DNA of 54,752 nucleotides, the filler included, from Sphacelaria rigidula (Eukaryota), in assembly GCA_964200075.2 (NCBI GenBank). It is 5 parts of 5 records of this genome, joined end to end, with 100 filler letters (N's around TTAATTAATTAA, not from the genome) between each part and the next. Parts side by side here need not be neighbours in the genome. Positions count along the whole stretch, not along the records: positions 10,972 to 21,842 come from CAXNAA020005761.1; positions 21,943 to 32,812 come from CAXNAA020005762.1; 3 more parts are not named here. One strand, given 5' to 3'. A program made the translations under genes and the position numbers. Under the pieces are notes generated by a model. The model made no database searches. It was given only the letters and a program-made list of their open reading frames with translations, and was not told where the DNA came from. Positions 11,639 to 22,969 of this stretch are shown piece after piece; the first letter of the stretch is position 1; every line of letters begins with the position of its first letter.

Positions 11639-13609
11639 CTCTCTCGGAACCATCCACCGCTTGGTGAGGAAGGTTCCTAAGTCGTCGACCAGCCCCTGGT
11701 GATACTGTGTCGTATCAGAAACGAACATTCAACAGAGGGGTCACGAAAATAAACGGGCGATACAGCAGCAGGTCAAGGCGGCATACAGTGAGGGTGAGGA
11801 ACATGTGTGTACAGACGGCACCAGATGACCAGTCTGACTTTCAACGAGCGAGGCTGCGGTACCACTAGTACAAGGCACGTGTATGCGTGGGCGTGGCAAC
11901 CTCTACTCAGCGCAGCAGAGTTCACCACTTGGTAGGCGTGCAATTTTCCGACTTGGTTCTAGCGTAGACACCGACATCCCGATCTTCAATAGAGAGTGTG
12001 CTCCCAACGTGCGCAGAACTTGAATGAGGGTTAGGGGGGGGGGGTCACAACAAGGCGCCGCAGGCGCCGGCTTGAGGTCTCGCAACGCACGCTTTGCCTC
12101 GGAAACACTTTGCACCCCCTTTGCTCGAGGGTTCTTGGCATGCCTTTGTTGGGGTGAGGATTAGGGTTAGAGTTAAAGTCAGAGTTGCTCGAAATCATAA
12201 ACTTCCAATAAAGTCGTACACCTGCCTACAATAGTGGTAATCGAACCTCACTCAGCGAAGTATGTGGATCTCGTCATCACTGCTGCCCTACCTGTCGCAA
12301 CAGGGAGCCCACCCATACATCAGAGGAAGCAAGAATTGTCCCGAGTACAGGGCTAACGATGGACAGTCACGCTTGCTTTCATCATACACCCTACTGTAGT
12401 CAATACCTGGCGATATACGCTTCTTACCCAACCGTATTGTGCAATATCAAGATAAACTCAAGTCTACCGGTGCAGTACTTCGTTACCTTAGCGTGGTGAG
12501 GGTTCTCGCTCATGGCGGCGACCCAATCGTACGGGTTGCGCCACATGGCCACCACGAGGGTGTGCTCGGTGTCGTGACAGGCAGGACACGGCTGCGAGGG
12601 CCGACAACTTCTCTCGCCGCTTTGGATATCCTCGTGTATCCGGCTTTGAAACCAGTGCTGCGACAGCCACGCGGACAAATACGCAAGATGGAGATTTCGC
12701 GAGACGTGACGAACGTGCAATTACAGGGAGGCGAACCGGGACGACGGCGATGCCTAGTTCGTCAGTTCATTTCGACACGAAGGCCACTTCTTCATGTGGC
12801 CAAAAAAGTATCATCTTGTTGGAAACTGCCTTTTTGGTCCTTCTTCGTCGACTTACGCCTCAAACAGACGGCTAGGCGGATAGTGACACCTTGACCGCTA
12901 GTTATTGAGCATGACTGGCCAAATAAAAAACCTGCGGCCACCGGAAAACGCAACGGTGCCCTGGAACGATCTCAACGAGTAGGATAAGTCATTCCACGGT
13001 GTACAAATCCACCCAGCCCTTTTTCAGGCTTAAAACGACGGAGAAGGACCCAAAAGGCAGTTTCCAAAAACATTGTTTCTCCCACACACACATGAGAAGT
13101 GGCCTAACCGGGGGCTTCCGTGGGTTTGGACATTCGACATCCCCCACCGTCGCACCCGACAGGGCAAAGTTTGAATTCCGGACACCCACCAGCAAGTTGC
13201 CAGAAAAACAGTCCTGCGCGCTCTGTTTCACATGACCTGAGAGTTCGCGGTTATGCTCAAGCGTACCCCACTCCGTCTTCGTTCGCAGTGTGTTGGTTGG
13301 GTGATGAAATCACGCAAAAGAATAGCTGCAGGAGTAAGTACATGTAAGGCAGGTACGAAAGTAGCTGCTCTTGATGCCCCCGATTAATCATGCACGTGTA
13401 CATGTATTTGGCCCCCCTGTGGACGTGCTCTCATGTTACCTTCCAATTACATAGCGACGCCCTAACCAGAACGCCGCGATCCTTGAAAAACCTCTTCAAT
13501 ATTCGTAGCATCCACGTAGACCCACTGTGGCGTTCGGAAATCAGCGATATGTACTTGATTTTCTGGAACTTTTCTGCAGTTGCCGTGAATGCCGGCGGTT
13601 GCTCCGCAC
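11639..13609 (-). CDS. Sulfotransferase-like protein, partial (3 exons identified)
   Basis: Exons 13609-13440, 12657-12487, 11704-11639 join in phase: ..ISLISERHSGSTW..LCNWK|HWFQ..LVVAMWRNPYDW..NPHHAK|YHQGLVDDLGTFLTKRW. RxSGSTW and RNPxD resemble the 5'-PSB and 3'-PB PAPS-binding motifs. First and last exons not located. Confidence 0.75.
12781..13105. mobile_element. Intronic MITE with ~110-bp imperfect inverted repeats (possibly PIF/Harbinger-type)
   Basis: AGGCCACTTCTTCATGTG..TTGGAAACTGCCTTTTTGGTCCTTC vs GAAGGACCCAAAAGGCAGTTTCCAA..CACATGAGAAGTGGCCT; GGCC ends flanked by GAA/TAA. Confidence 0.75.
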
Positions 13610-13708
13610 CTGAAACGGTTTCTTGGTTACAGCAAGCAGCAGGTACCACAGGACCGACGGACAGATGCGATAAGGTCATCATATTTTGCATCCACTCCCT
13701 CGCAAGCC

Positions 13709-14060
13709 GGTCGCCCCAGTGGCTCAGTTGGTAACCCCGAAACATTCTGACGATTGGGTTGTGGGTTCAATTCTCGGAGCGATCTGGGGTCTCTCCTCAC
13801 ACAGTATCCAACAGTGGAGAGCGACTACGTCGTGGGTACACAAAATTCGACATAACCGTCGACGAGGGAAAGGGTGTGCTGTACCCCTCTCGCGATAAAA
13901 AATAAAAGGCAAGCACCGCAGAAGGAAGGTGGGGTACTAAAAATGAGAAAAAAAAAGCTTCTGTGTTGACCTTCCTCCCGTGTGACCCCGGTTGTTGCGC
14001 TCACATATACCGAAAGGTGTAGACTGGCATCCAGAATAAATGGGACGACAACACTCACAC
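13709..14060 (+). mobile_element. tRNA-derived SINE, full length
   Basis: Box A TGGCTCAGTTGG and box B GGTTCAATTC; body and tail (GTGTGACCCCGG..CACATATACCGAAAGGTGTAGAC..GGGACGAC) shared with 14395-14660 and 45765-46127. Confidence 0.85.
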
Positions 14061-14394
14061 TATCCCCTTCCCCTACCGCCCCCACCATCGTCAACACGGA
14101 AAGCACAGACCACCCCTTAACGAGATCCATCTCATTGCTCGTGACTGTGTAACCGCATCCCGAAGTAATCCTCGCGCTGGCACTGGCACGACGTATTCCC
14201 TTTGTACTCAAACCTTGCGCCGATTCTCCTGGTGCAAGGTTTCAATACTAAGCTGTACTGCACGGCAACCATGGGATTTCGCTGGGATGGCTGTGTGCGT
14301 TTTGGGTAATCCTACGGTGGACGCAAACATGTGGGGCATGCTGGAGGTAAGAAGTGCATTCACCATTGACTTGGACGTTCAATCATCAGTCTAG

Positions 14395-14660
14395 TTGTTG
14401 TTGTTGTCGTCGTCCCGTCCCGTCTATGCTGGACGTCGGTCTACACCTTTCGGTATATGTGGGTGCACCAGCCGGGGTCACACTGGAGGAAGGCCAACAC
14501 GGGTTTTGTTCTTTCTTGTTCGTTTTAGTTCTCCATCTTCCTTCTGCGAGGCTTGCCTTTATTTTGAATCGCGAGAGGGGTTCAGCAGTTCCTCTTGCTC
14601 GTCGACCGTGAAGTTGAATTTTGTGTACCCACGACATAGTCGCTCTCCACTGTTGTTGGG
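14395..14660 (-). mobile_element. 5'-truncated copy of the same SINE
   Basis: Reverse complement matches about 13805-14050; short (CAA)n tail. Confidence 0.85.
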
Positions 14661-15419
14661 CTATTGCATTTCGATCAAGATGAGCGGTGGAAAAAAAAAA
14701 TTACACTGTGATGAGTTGTGATTTCAACCATCATAATTTATGTTGAAATCAACACTTGTCAGGCCGATTCTGACGGTTTGTACTTTTTTGGCTCGTATCT
14801 TCCACTTTGAAGACACTTGACACGATTTTTGGGCTTGAAACAGAGAATATTGGCATCACACGTCTCAGACACTTCACAGCGCCCCACGGGCAGGGGTCTA
14901 TCCCACTTTTCCGACTCGCACGGCTCCGAGGTTTCGACAACGGCTTCGGAGCCTCGGGAGAAAGAAACGGCCTCAGATCGGAATTTTTCGTTTCCACCGC
15001 ACTATTTCGAATAAGAATAATCCGGTACAGTACGTACGGATCAACAGTCCTGTACTGTCTGTACTAGAGTATACATTGTCCGCATCCTTTTCACGTAAGA
15101 CACTGCCTGAAAGACACATCCTTATAGAGGTATGTTACACAGTGAGCAAGGGTCAAGAAAGTAGAGGTCTGTAATTTTTTTACTCATCATTCACCGTTCA
15201 ACATTCATGAGTACCATTTTTTTTTTTTTTCATACTCGATTCGTGCCTACTGCACGCACACACTCACACCTGGCGGGTCGCGTTGTGTCCAAAGGAGGTC
15301 ACCTGAAGCAAATTCCTCCTTCTGCAACCGTCTCTCGGGCTGCTCTGCGCCTCCTGCGTACATATGCGGATGAGTTAACTTTGGGTAATGGACGTGAATA
15401 TCTATAGAAGATTTCGTAC

Positions 15420-15710
15420 GACACATGGTGTTGCAAAATGTCAAATGTAACAAAAATGTATAAAATTTGACCAACAGTCGACAAGGGAAAGAGACTGCTG
15501 AACCCCTATCGCGAAAAAAAAAGGGCGAGCACCGCAGAAGAAAGGTGGAATACCAAAACAATAGGGAAAAAAACTCCGATGTTTGTGAGTACCAGGGGTA
15601 GCCCAGAAGTCTCACACGATAATATAGGGCGAGCACCGCAGAAGAGAGGTGGAATACCAAAAAATAAAATAAAACGGTGTTTGTGAGTACCAGAGCAGCC
15701 CAGAAGTCCT
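15420..15710 (+). repeat. SINE-related fragment with a ~100-bp tandem duplication
   Basis: GTCGACAAGGGAAAGAGACTGCTGAACCCCTATCGCG matches the SINE body; GGGCGAGCACCGCAGAAG..GGTGGAATACC..GCCCAGAAGTC occurs twice (about 15522 and 15626). Confidence 0.7.
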
Positions 15711-15755
15711 ACAGATTATATTCTTGCCCGTACCTCATGGAAAACAATCTTGGAC

Positions 15756-17805
15756 GAGTTGGGCCAGCCTAGAGGCGGATTTGAAGTTTGCAGGCGAATG
15801 CGCCGGCAAGTACTCAGAATTGGAGCGTCAAATTTGGTATGGACAATGAGTAGGGCATGAAAAAGATGTAGATAAGCATCACAAGACTTTTTTTTTTTTT
15901 TGCGAGTTAAGGGCATTTTACTGATACCTGAAAACTGATTATTGTCCCTAACTCGCGAAAAAAAAACTTTGCGGTGCTTCTTTATTTTTCTTCTTAAATG
16001 CCCTTTGCATTGTCCACACCAAATTTTACGCTCCAGCTCTGAATATTGGCCGGCGCATTCGCTTTTAAAAACCGGGTCGGTAGAAATTCGGAACAGTATT
16101 TCGCAGGCCACTCATCGGCCCACGTTTGGTTTTTGTGTATTGAAATTTCGTTTGGGGCCTCGCCACGGCATTGTTAGTAAAACTCGATGGGTAAGTTTTT
16201 TTTTATTATTTTTTTTACTGGTTGAGGGCGTTTTAGTATATGGTCAAGACCATTTTTTCACGAGAACGCCCTAACCTTCATGAGTTTCTACAAATTGCGT
16301 TGAAACATTGGCCTAAGAGCAATGTTAATTTCTCCTCGAAACTCCACTAAAAACACGAAAAATAAATGAAAAATCACATCACGTTTAGGACAAATCAAGA
16401 TTTATACGAGTTGACTCCTCACGACATGATAGGCGTCAACCTGTATTCGAGTGTTGGTCCCGCATGCACCCAACGGTGAATAATAAATGCAGAACAACAG
16501 TCATCTCAACCGCATACATATTGCGAAAAAATTACGACCGATGCAAAACCCATGTCATGACAGGATTCAACGATGTGCCGACTCTTCGTCCCGCACGGAG
16601 ACATACGCATGACATAGATGTAGATGCCTTTCACGCCTCATGGTACGTGTGGGTGGCATGTACAACCGATCCATTCCGTATTGTTGTACAGGGGGTCAAC
16701 ATGTGTTCATGACCTACACCCTATGACCTAAAGGGTAGGAAACAGGTGCCGTTGACGGTGTACTGCACGACACAAGAGCTCAAAACCTCTATGAATTACA
16801 AATGACGTATGACCCATATGATTTATTCGTCGAAATGACGAACATGAGTTGACTCACGATTTTATTTGTCCTAACCGTGAAATAACGTAAAAAAATGAAA
16901 AAAGGTAATAAGCTGTTTTTAAACTGTCTTTCCCTTGCCCTAAAAATAAAATTTAATCATCCATGAACCAAAAATCCAACCAACAATCCCAATCCCAATC
17001 CCAACCAATTAATTAATTAATTAATTAATTAATTATGAGCTGCTAATATTCAGTATTGCCTTCCCTTTGTTCAAAAAATACAATCCAACTATCCAACCAC
17101 CCATCCTCAATCAACCTGCAAGTAATTAATTAATTACTTAATTTTATTTTTATTTCAATAAATCTTATTTTCCTGATACATTTAGTATATATATATATAT
17201 TCTTTGATTATGCACTAGCGGTTCACCACACGCGAAATTTTATGGAATAACTCCTAAAAACTGAGACGCGATATCCAGATTTAAAGCATCTAGTAGTGCC
17301 TCTGCTCGTAATATATTGATTTAGTATAGGAACTCATGTGCGCCATATCTCGGAATAGATTACGAATTAGGTGAAGGTGGGGGTACCTATCGTCTCCCCT
17401 TGCTCCAGAGAATGTCCACACCAGAATTCGTCATCCGCTGAGTGCATCGATCGGGGTTTTCAGATAGATTTTAGTATGGACGCTATCTCCGTTAGGTATA
17501 GGAATTGCTAGCCCCATGAGGTTGATCAACGAGAAAATATGGGCCCAAACTTTTGAGCAGATGGGCACCTTCTCCTTGGTTGGACGATTAATATGAGGCG
17601 TAATAACCAGGTGGTCGACAACCACACCACCGTCCGTTTTATGACGCAACTATGTGCCTCTTAGGCACTCCCGGTAACTTCCGCCGTAGAGTAGGCGTTT
17701 TGAGTTGGGACAGAGGAATGACTCTGAACCCAAAAAGTGTGGTGTCTACCTGAGTCTTACCAGCGGGGGGATCGCTGTCTAAAGATTTTTAGGCTGGCCC
17801 AGCTC
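15756..17805. mobile_element. Non-autonomous TIR element, GAG..CTC termini (Sola-like), with an internal ~270-bp foldback
   Basis: GAGTTGGGCCAGCCTA vs TAGGCTGGCCCAGCTC; flanks GGAC/GTAC; many blocks match 50772-51969 in reverse orientation (e.g. AAAAACTGAGACGCGATATCCAGATTTA). Confidence 0.75.
16380..16879. mobile_element. Nested 500-bp TIR element with CAC..GTG ends
   Basis: CACGTTTAGGACAAAT vs ATTTGTCCTAACCGTG (15/16); this segment is absent from the second copy of the host element. Confidence 0.6.
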
Positions 17806-17809
17806 GTAC

Positions 17810-19240
17810 ACCGCGAGGGTAGTCTATACCTGGACCATGCAAACTTTATCCGGGTGTAAGTGATGCCGATTGAACAGATGACCCCTCGCTGTGTTAGCGA
17901 GGGTAGGTCGGCCTGCTAAATCGGTAGTAGTATTGACTTGAAACAAGTATGCGCCAAACAGATGGACTAGCCGCACCGCGGTCGAAGGGTCAACAAGGGC
18001 CCTAACCCTGACCAAAAACAACGATGGAGACAAACTGCAGCAAGGGAACGGAATCGATCCCAGAACGGACATAGCATGCGAACGTCATGCACGTAAATCA
18101 ACATTTGTGAGCTAGTCTGGAATTGTTGCTCGTTGACCCCCTGACCGCGAGGGTGGGCGATCCGTTGAATCGGCATAGTTCTCCCTATTCTCCAGGTATA
18201 AATGATCCGGCGTATTTCACCTCATTTTTCAGGTGTAAATGATGCCGATTGAATCGGCGTGATTCATATTTCACCTTGTTTTTCAGGCGTAGATGCCTGT
18301 TCAACAGATCGCCTAACCGTCTGATCGCGAGAGTACGTACTTCATCCGGGGTATGCATTAGTTTTTCAAATGAAATTGATGCCGATCCCACAGATGGCCT
18401 TTGCGGGCGACAAACTGAAAAGGATTGACCCTTAGCCCGTGAGGGTAGTCCACCTGGATCAGGCACTATTTTTTCCAGTGATATTGATGCCGATTCAACA
18501 GTATACGGCGGGCTGCTACTGATGATACGTGGGATGTACGGCGCTGCACGTGCGCGGTTGCAAGTGCCGGAGATGTCGACAATCTTTACGGCGGAAGGCG
18601 TGTGAGATCTTCTAAATAGCGGGGGTAGCGCAGGGTTAGAAGGAGCATCACGGAAGATAAACGTGGCAGTGTGTGTGCGTGAGCTTGCTCTGTAAATACA
18701 GCGATACTCTCTAGAGTCCGATCCACAAAACGGATCACCGTTCGTACTACGCAGTCAAAGGTTTGAAGCCGTTCGACGGGCAGCATTGGTCATGTGTTGA
18801 ATCGGCTTCAAGTTCACTTTAGAAAAAGTATATCGTACATAATCCACATGGACCACCACCGGCAGTCAAGGGATTAAAACCCTTTGATGGCCACCATCGG
18901 TCACGCGTCGAATCGGCTGCGGTATCACTCGAAAACGTATACATAATCCAGATGAACCACCGCTCGCCGTGAAAGGATAAAAACCTGTCGGCGGCGACAG
19001 CGGCGGGAGTCAAAGGATAAAAACCCTCTGAAGGCGAGCGTAGGTCACCTGTTGAATCGGCTTCGATTTTACTTGGAAAAATCCATGCATATCCAGATGG
19101 ACTACCGTCGCGGCGAAGGGATTAACCCTACCTTTGACGGCTAGCACAAGGCATGTATTGAATCGGCTTCAGTATCGCTTGAAAAAAGTATAATTGTGCA
19201 TAATCCAGCTGGGCACCGTCGCGGACAAGGGGACTAGCAC
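17810..19240. repeat. Arrays of a ~110-bp unit in both orientations
   Basis: Core GTTGAATCGGC..ATCCAGATGGAC..AAGGGAT four times in tandem at 18788-19240; inverted GATGCCGATTCAAC-type units at about 17862, 18241, 18378, 18487 and 20645. Confidence 0.75.
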
Positions 19241-21842
19241 TACTTCATGGAAACCAAACCACTTCCACTCAAGTCGTGCCCAAGTTGACCCTTGGGCAGC
19301 ATTTTTCGCGTAAAAAGCGTGGGAGGCGGGAAACGTCGCCCCCGATTACGGTGAAAAAGAGTACTGTGTACAATCAGTACAGTAGTAAATATGAAATGTT
19401 TTGTCTATTCTACTAGACGCAATAATACTCAATACTGTACGCAGTGCATTTTTGACCGTGGAGTATTCCGTCCAGAGTGTGCACACTGGAGCGATTTTTG
19501 GTGCACGCAGTTTGAAGATTCGCGGAAAATAATTCACGCCCTTGGGGTGGGGCGAATATATGGTCCAAACACTTTTCCGGGCGCGTGTGTCCTGCTGGAT
19601 TTAGCTATGCTGTGTTGCTCGAATGGCCAGGCCGATGATATGCCCAGCAAAACAAAGGCGAACTGAACGTCCTTCGAAGAAAGTAAAGTCGGTTCAAAGT
19701 GGTTCAAACAAACCCAAGAAAGTCACCTGGACGTCGGAGGATAACTCCGTACGGGTGGTGCATTTTGGATGTGTATTGGTGCGTTCGAGTCGCCTGTGCC
19801 TGTACACTTAACTGTCACTATGGGCACTACTGTACGCCCAACTCAAACCTCACCGACTGATGATGCGGTCGCGGCAACGTCTTCTTCGAGCTGTAGTGGA
19901 GACGATGCCACCAGGCAGTGGGAGACCACCATCCCCCATACGGAAACGGTCCTGGCCCACCGGGGAAACATATGTCAAGCTGTAGAAAAAAAGACGAGTT
20001 CTGCGCGAAATCCTCAACTAGCCAGAATGCTTCAGACCTTGACATTATCGCGGAGGAAACACGAGGGAAGAACATGGTGAGGAAAAGAAAAGGTCCGGTC
20101 CGTGAAGCTTTCTACTTGAAAGTCGAACTTTTGGCCGAATCGTTTGGAGGCAAACCGTGAAACAAATTGGAAACTACAGCATTGGTAAGCGGCTATATTG
20201 CTCGTAAATATCATACCCTTGTCGATACAAATATAAATCCTTCCAGAGGGGCGTGGTAGGATAGAGTACAATACTGCAGGTGGAGTGGAGGAAATCAATA
20301 CTTGGGGTACAGTATTCCAGGACATTCCAAAAGTACCTCGAGTAGTATCGGTTACGGGAAGAATCGTGCAACTTAGAGTACCCGAGGCATTGCGTGCCGA
20401 AAATGCCCAGTGCATTCAAAGTACCTGGATAGGGTGGGATCCTTCAGAATACACCAAGCATGCGCTTCACGGCGCCCCCTGTGCGATCGTCTTTGAAATG
20501 GTTATGTGTCGGTTTATTTGGCGCACCCATGGGCACGCGTCCGATGATGCTGAATTGAATTAAAATCCTTTGGTTCTCGTACTTGACCCTTGAATCGCGA
20601 ACGTAGTCCATCTGGACTACGCATATGTTTTTGAAGTGAAAATGATGCCGATTCAACAGATGACCTACTCTCGGTGTCCAAGGGTGTTACTCGAAATCGG
20701 AGCGGCTCTGCTAGACCACTGCTGTGTACAGGCTCCACCTGAATTTTTCCCGCACCATTATCTAGATGTGAGGGAGGAGTGTACATCCAGCCGAGCACAC
20801 GCAACGTAACGTAAACACATCAACAACAAGATTCAACATCTGGCGGCGAAATCACCGAAAGTGCTCCAAAAATAAAATCAAGATCCCAACCGAGTAAAAC
20901 CTGCAGCCAGGAAGGTCTGCGGTAGTGACTGTTGTGTTCTACTCTACTGCGCTTGGTCCCTGGGTCAGCTCATCCAGAACATGTTTTGGTCGAAGCCGGC
21001 GCCTGCGGCGAGGCGACCTACAGTTTTAGTCGTATATCTATGGTTGATTATTTCGAACAAACCAACAATGACGCTAACCATAACCCTAACCCAGACCCAA
21101 GGCGTTCGAGACGCTGGGGCAAGGGAGGGGCATAGTACCCCTAGGCGAAGTGTGCGTCGGCAGATGTCAATGGTTCAGCGGACACCGTTCAACACGGCAT
21201 CGCCTGACAAGTGGAAACGAGATTTATCAATGGGAACGAATCAAGGTCGTAATTGCATACTGTACATACTATAAAATTGAAACCGCAACCGGGTCAAGCG
21301 TATCTTTGACTCAGAACGTATTCAATATTATTGCAACAGGTAACGGGTCGACAGGTAACGGTCGAACGTACGTTCGATCTGATATTGCAACTGGCACACA
21401 ACGAGGATAAGGAGAGGAGATTACAGTAGTAGCCGAATACGTGCGATTAAACGGGACGTCAACAAAACCTACGCGACAGACACCAGTGACGATGGCTTCG
21501 GGGAGGGAGGAGGATAAACAGGGGAATAAGCGACGGAAAGTTCGAATTGAGGATACCAATGCAGCCGAGGAGAGCAGGAAGGAAATGGAACAACGTATGT
21601 GCCGGACGGGAGATATCGGAGGTGCCAGGAATCCCCACCATTTCCCCATGTCTTCGCTTCTGTCACCAATTCCTGTCAACAATCATGGAAAATTTAGTGG
21701 CCAAACACGTAATGAACTAGTTTCAGTTCCGAAATGCCTCTGTGCGAAGCTCGATACCCTTCTCTAGTACAGGCTGGTTCACGTTTATCATCCAAAAAAC
21801 ACTCATCGGCTAAACCTCACGCCGTTTTAAGGAGTTAGACCC

Positions 21843-21942
21843 NNNNNNNNNNNNNNNNNNNNNNNNNNNNNNNNNNNNNNNNNNNNTTAATTAATTAANN
21901 NNNNNNNNNNNNNNNNNNNNNNNNNNNNNNNNNNNNNNNNNN
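21843..21942. other. Artificial contig spacer
   Basis: 44 N + TTAATTAATTAA + 44 N. Confidence 0.97.
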
Positions 21943-22541
21943 TAAGGCAAGCAACAACTGAGTACGCCCCCCGCCCCCGCCCCCCGTATTAGCACTCCTG
22001 CACTGGACTCGCCGTCAAAACCCAAAGTCACTTTCAGTAAGCGGCGGTTGATGTGCGAACACAAACGTGAATCGGCTCATGAGCAGCATACAATATACGA
22101 AGCACAAAATATCTGATGACGGGGAAAACATTTCCCATCTAATCCGAAGGTTGGGTATCTGTTGCTTTTGCGGCTGGTGCTGCGCGTGCTGAGGCACAAT
22201 GCAGTCTTTGGCGACTCATTTCCAAGTGGCGAGATATCACAGGGTGTGTACTGTGACAAAGCGTGCATGGGGCGCGCGCCAATTTCGAAGAATAGGGTGC
22301 TTTGTTACATGGTGTAGTTGTCATGTATCGTGAACAGTACAACGTAGTGCACCAGGGGGAGTTTGAAACGTTTTGCACGTCATGTTGTAGGTATGTTGTA
22401 GGGTACGGGCGTGCTCAGGGTCATGACGCAGACGCGACGTGGTGCAGACTCAAACCACTAAAACTGCATATTTGAAGAGAAAACGTATGAGTTGAGTACT
22501 GCGTCTGACGCGTCTGACGGTTGTTTTGCATCTCAAGGTGC

Positions 22542-22757
22542 AGCACTGTTGGACAAAACTGACGCGAGCACAGCGAGGTGCATGTGTTACATGTGTTCAT
22601 ATGGTTGTAGATGTTTCCCTTGTCCTTGCGCAACCATGGGCGTGTGTGAGCACTGTTGGACAAAACTGACGCGAGCACAGCGAGGTGCATGTGTTACATG
22701 TGTTCATATGGTTGTAGATGTTTCCCTTGTCCTTGCGCAACCATGGGCGTGTGTGAG
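22542..22757. repeat. Exact 107-bp tandem duplication
   Basis: AGCACTGTTGGACAAAACTGACGCG..GGGCGTGTGTG starts at 22542 and again at 22649. Confidence 0.9.
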
Positions 22758-22969
22758 AATTGAGGCGTCTGACCCGGGGATGGGAGGAGACAGCTCCGAA
22801 AGGTTTGGGAATTTGCCAATGTATGCCCCGTCACGGTTCCTGACTGGATCATTCAAATATTCGAGGTATTTGGTTGCGTTACAATCGGCGAGGTGAACGA
22901 TGATGCTAAGTTGAACGCGTTCGTTTGAACATGCGCGTACCATTTATGCGTATGGTTTTTTTCTTGCAG

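Noticed and set aside
13709-13785. Functional tRNA gene (also 46050-46127)
   Set aside because: No proper acceptor stem; continues into a shared SINE body.
21070-21100. Telomere-like CCCTAA remnants (also near 12160)
   Set aside because: Only two or three degenerate units; not a telomere.
22038-22250. Additional upstream RIC8 exon
   Set aside because: No acceptor/donor pair giving a convincing in-phase open frame.
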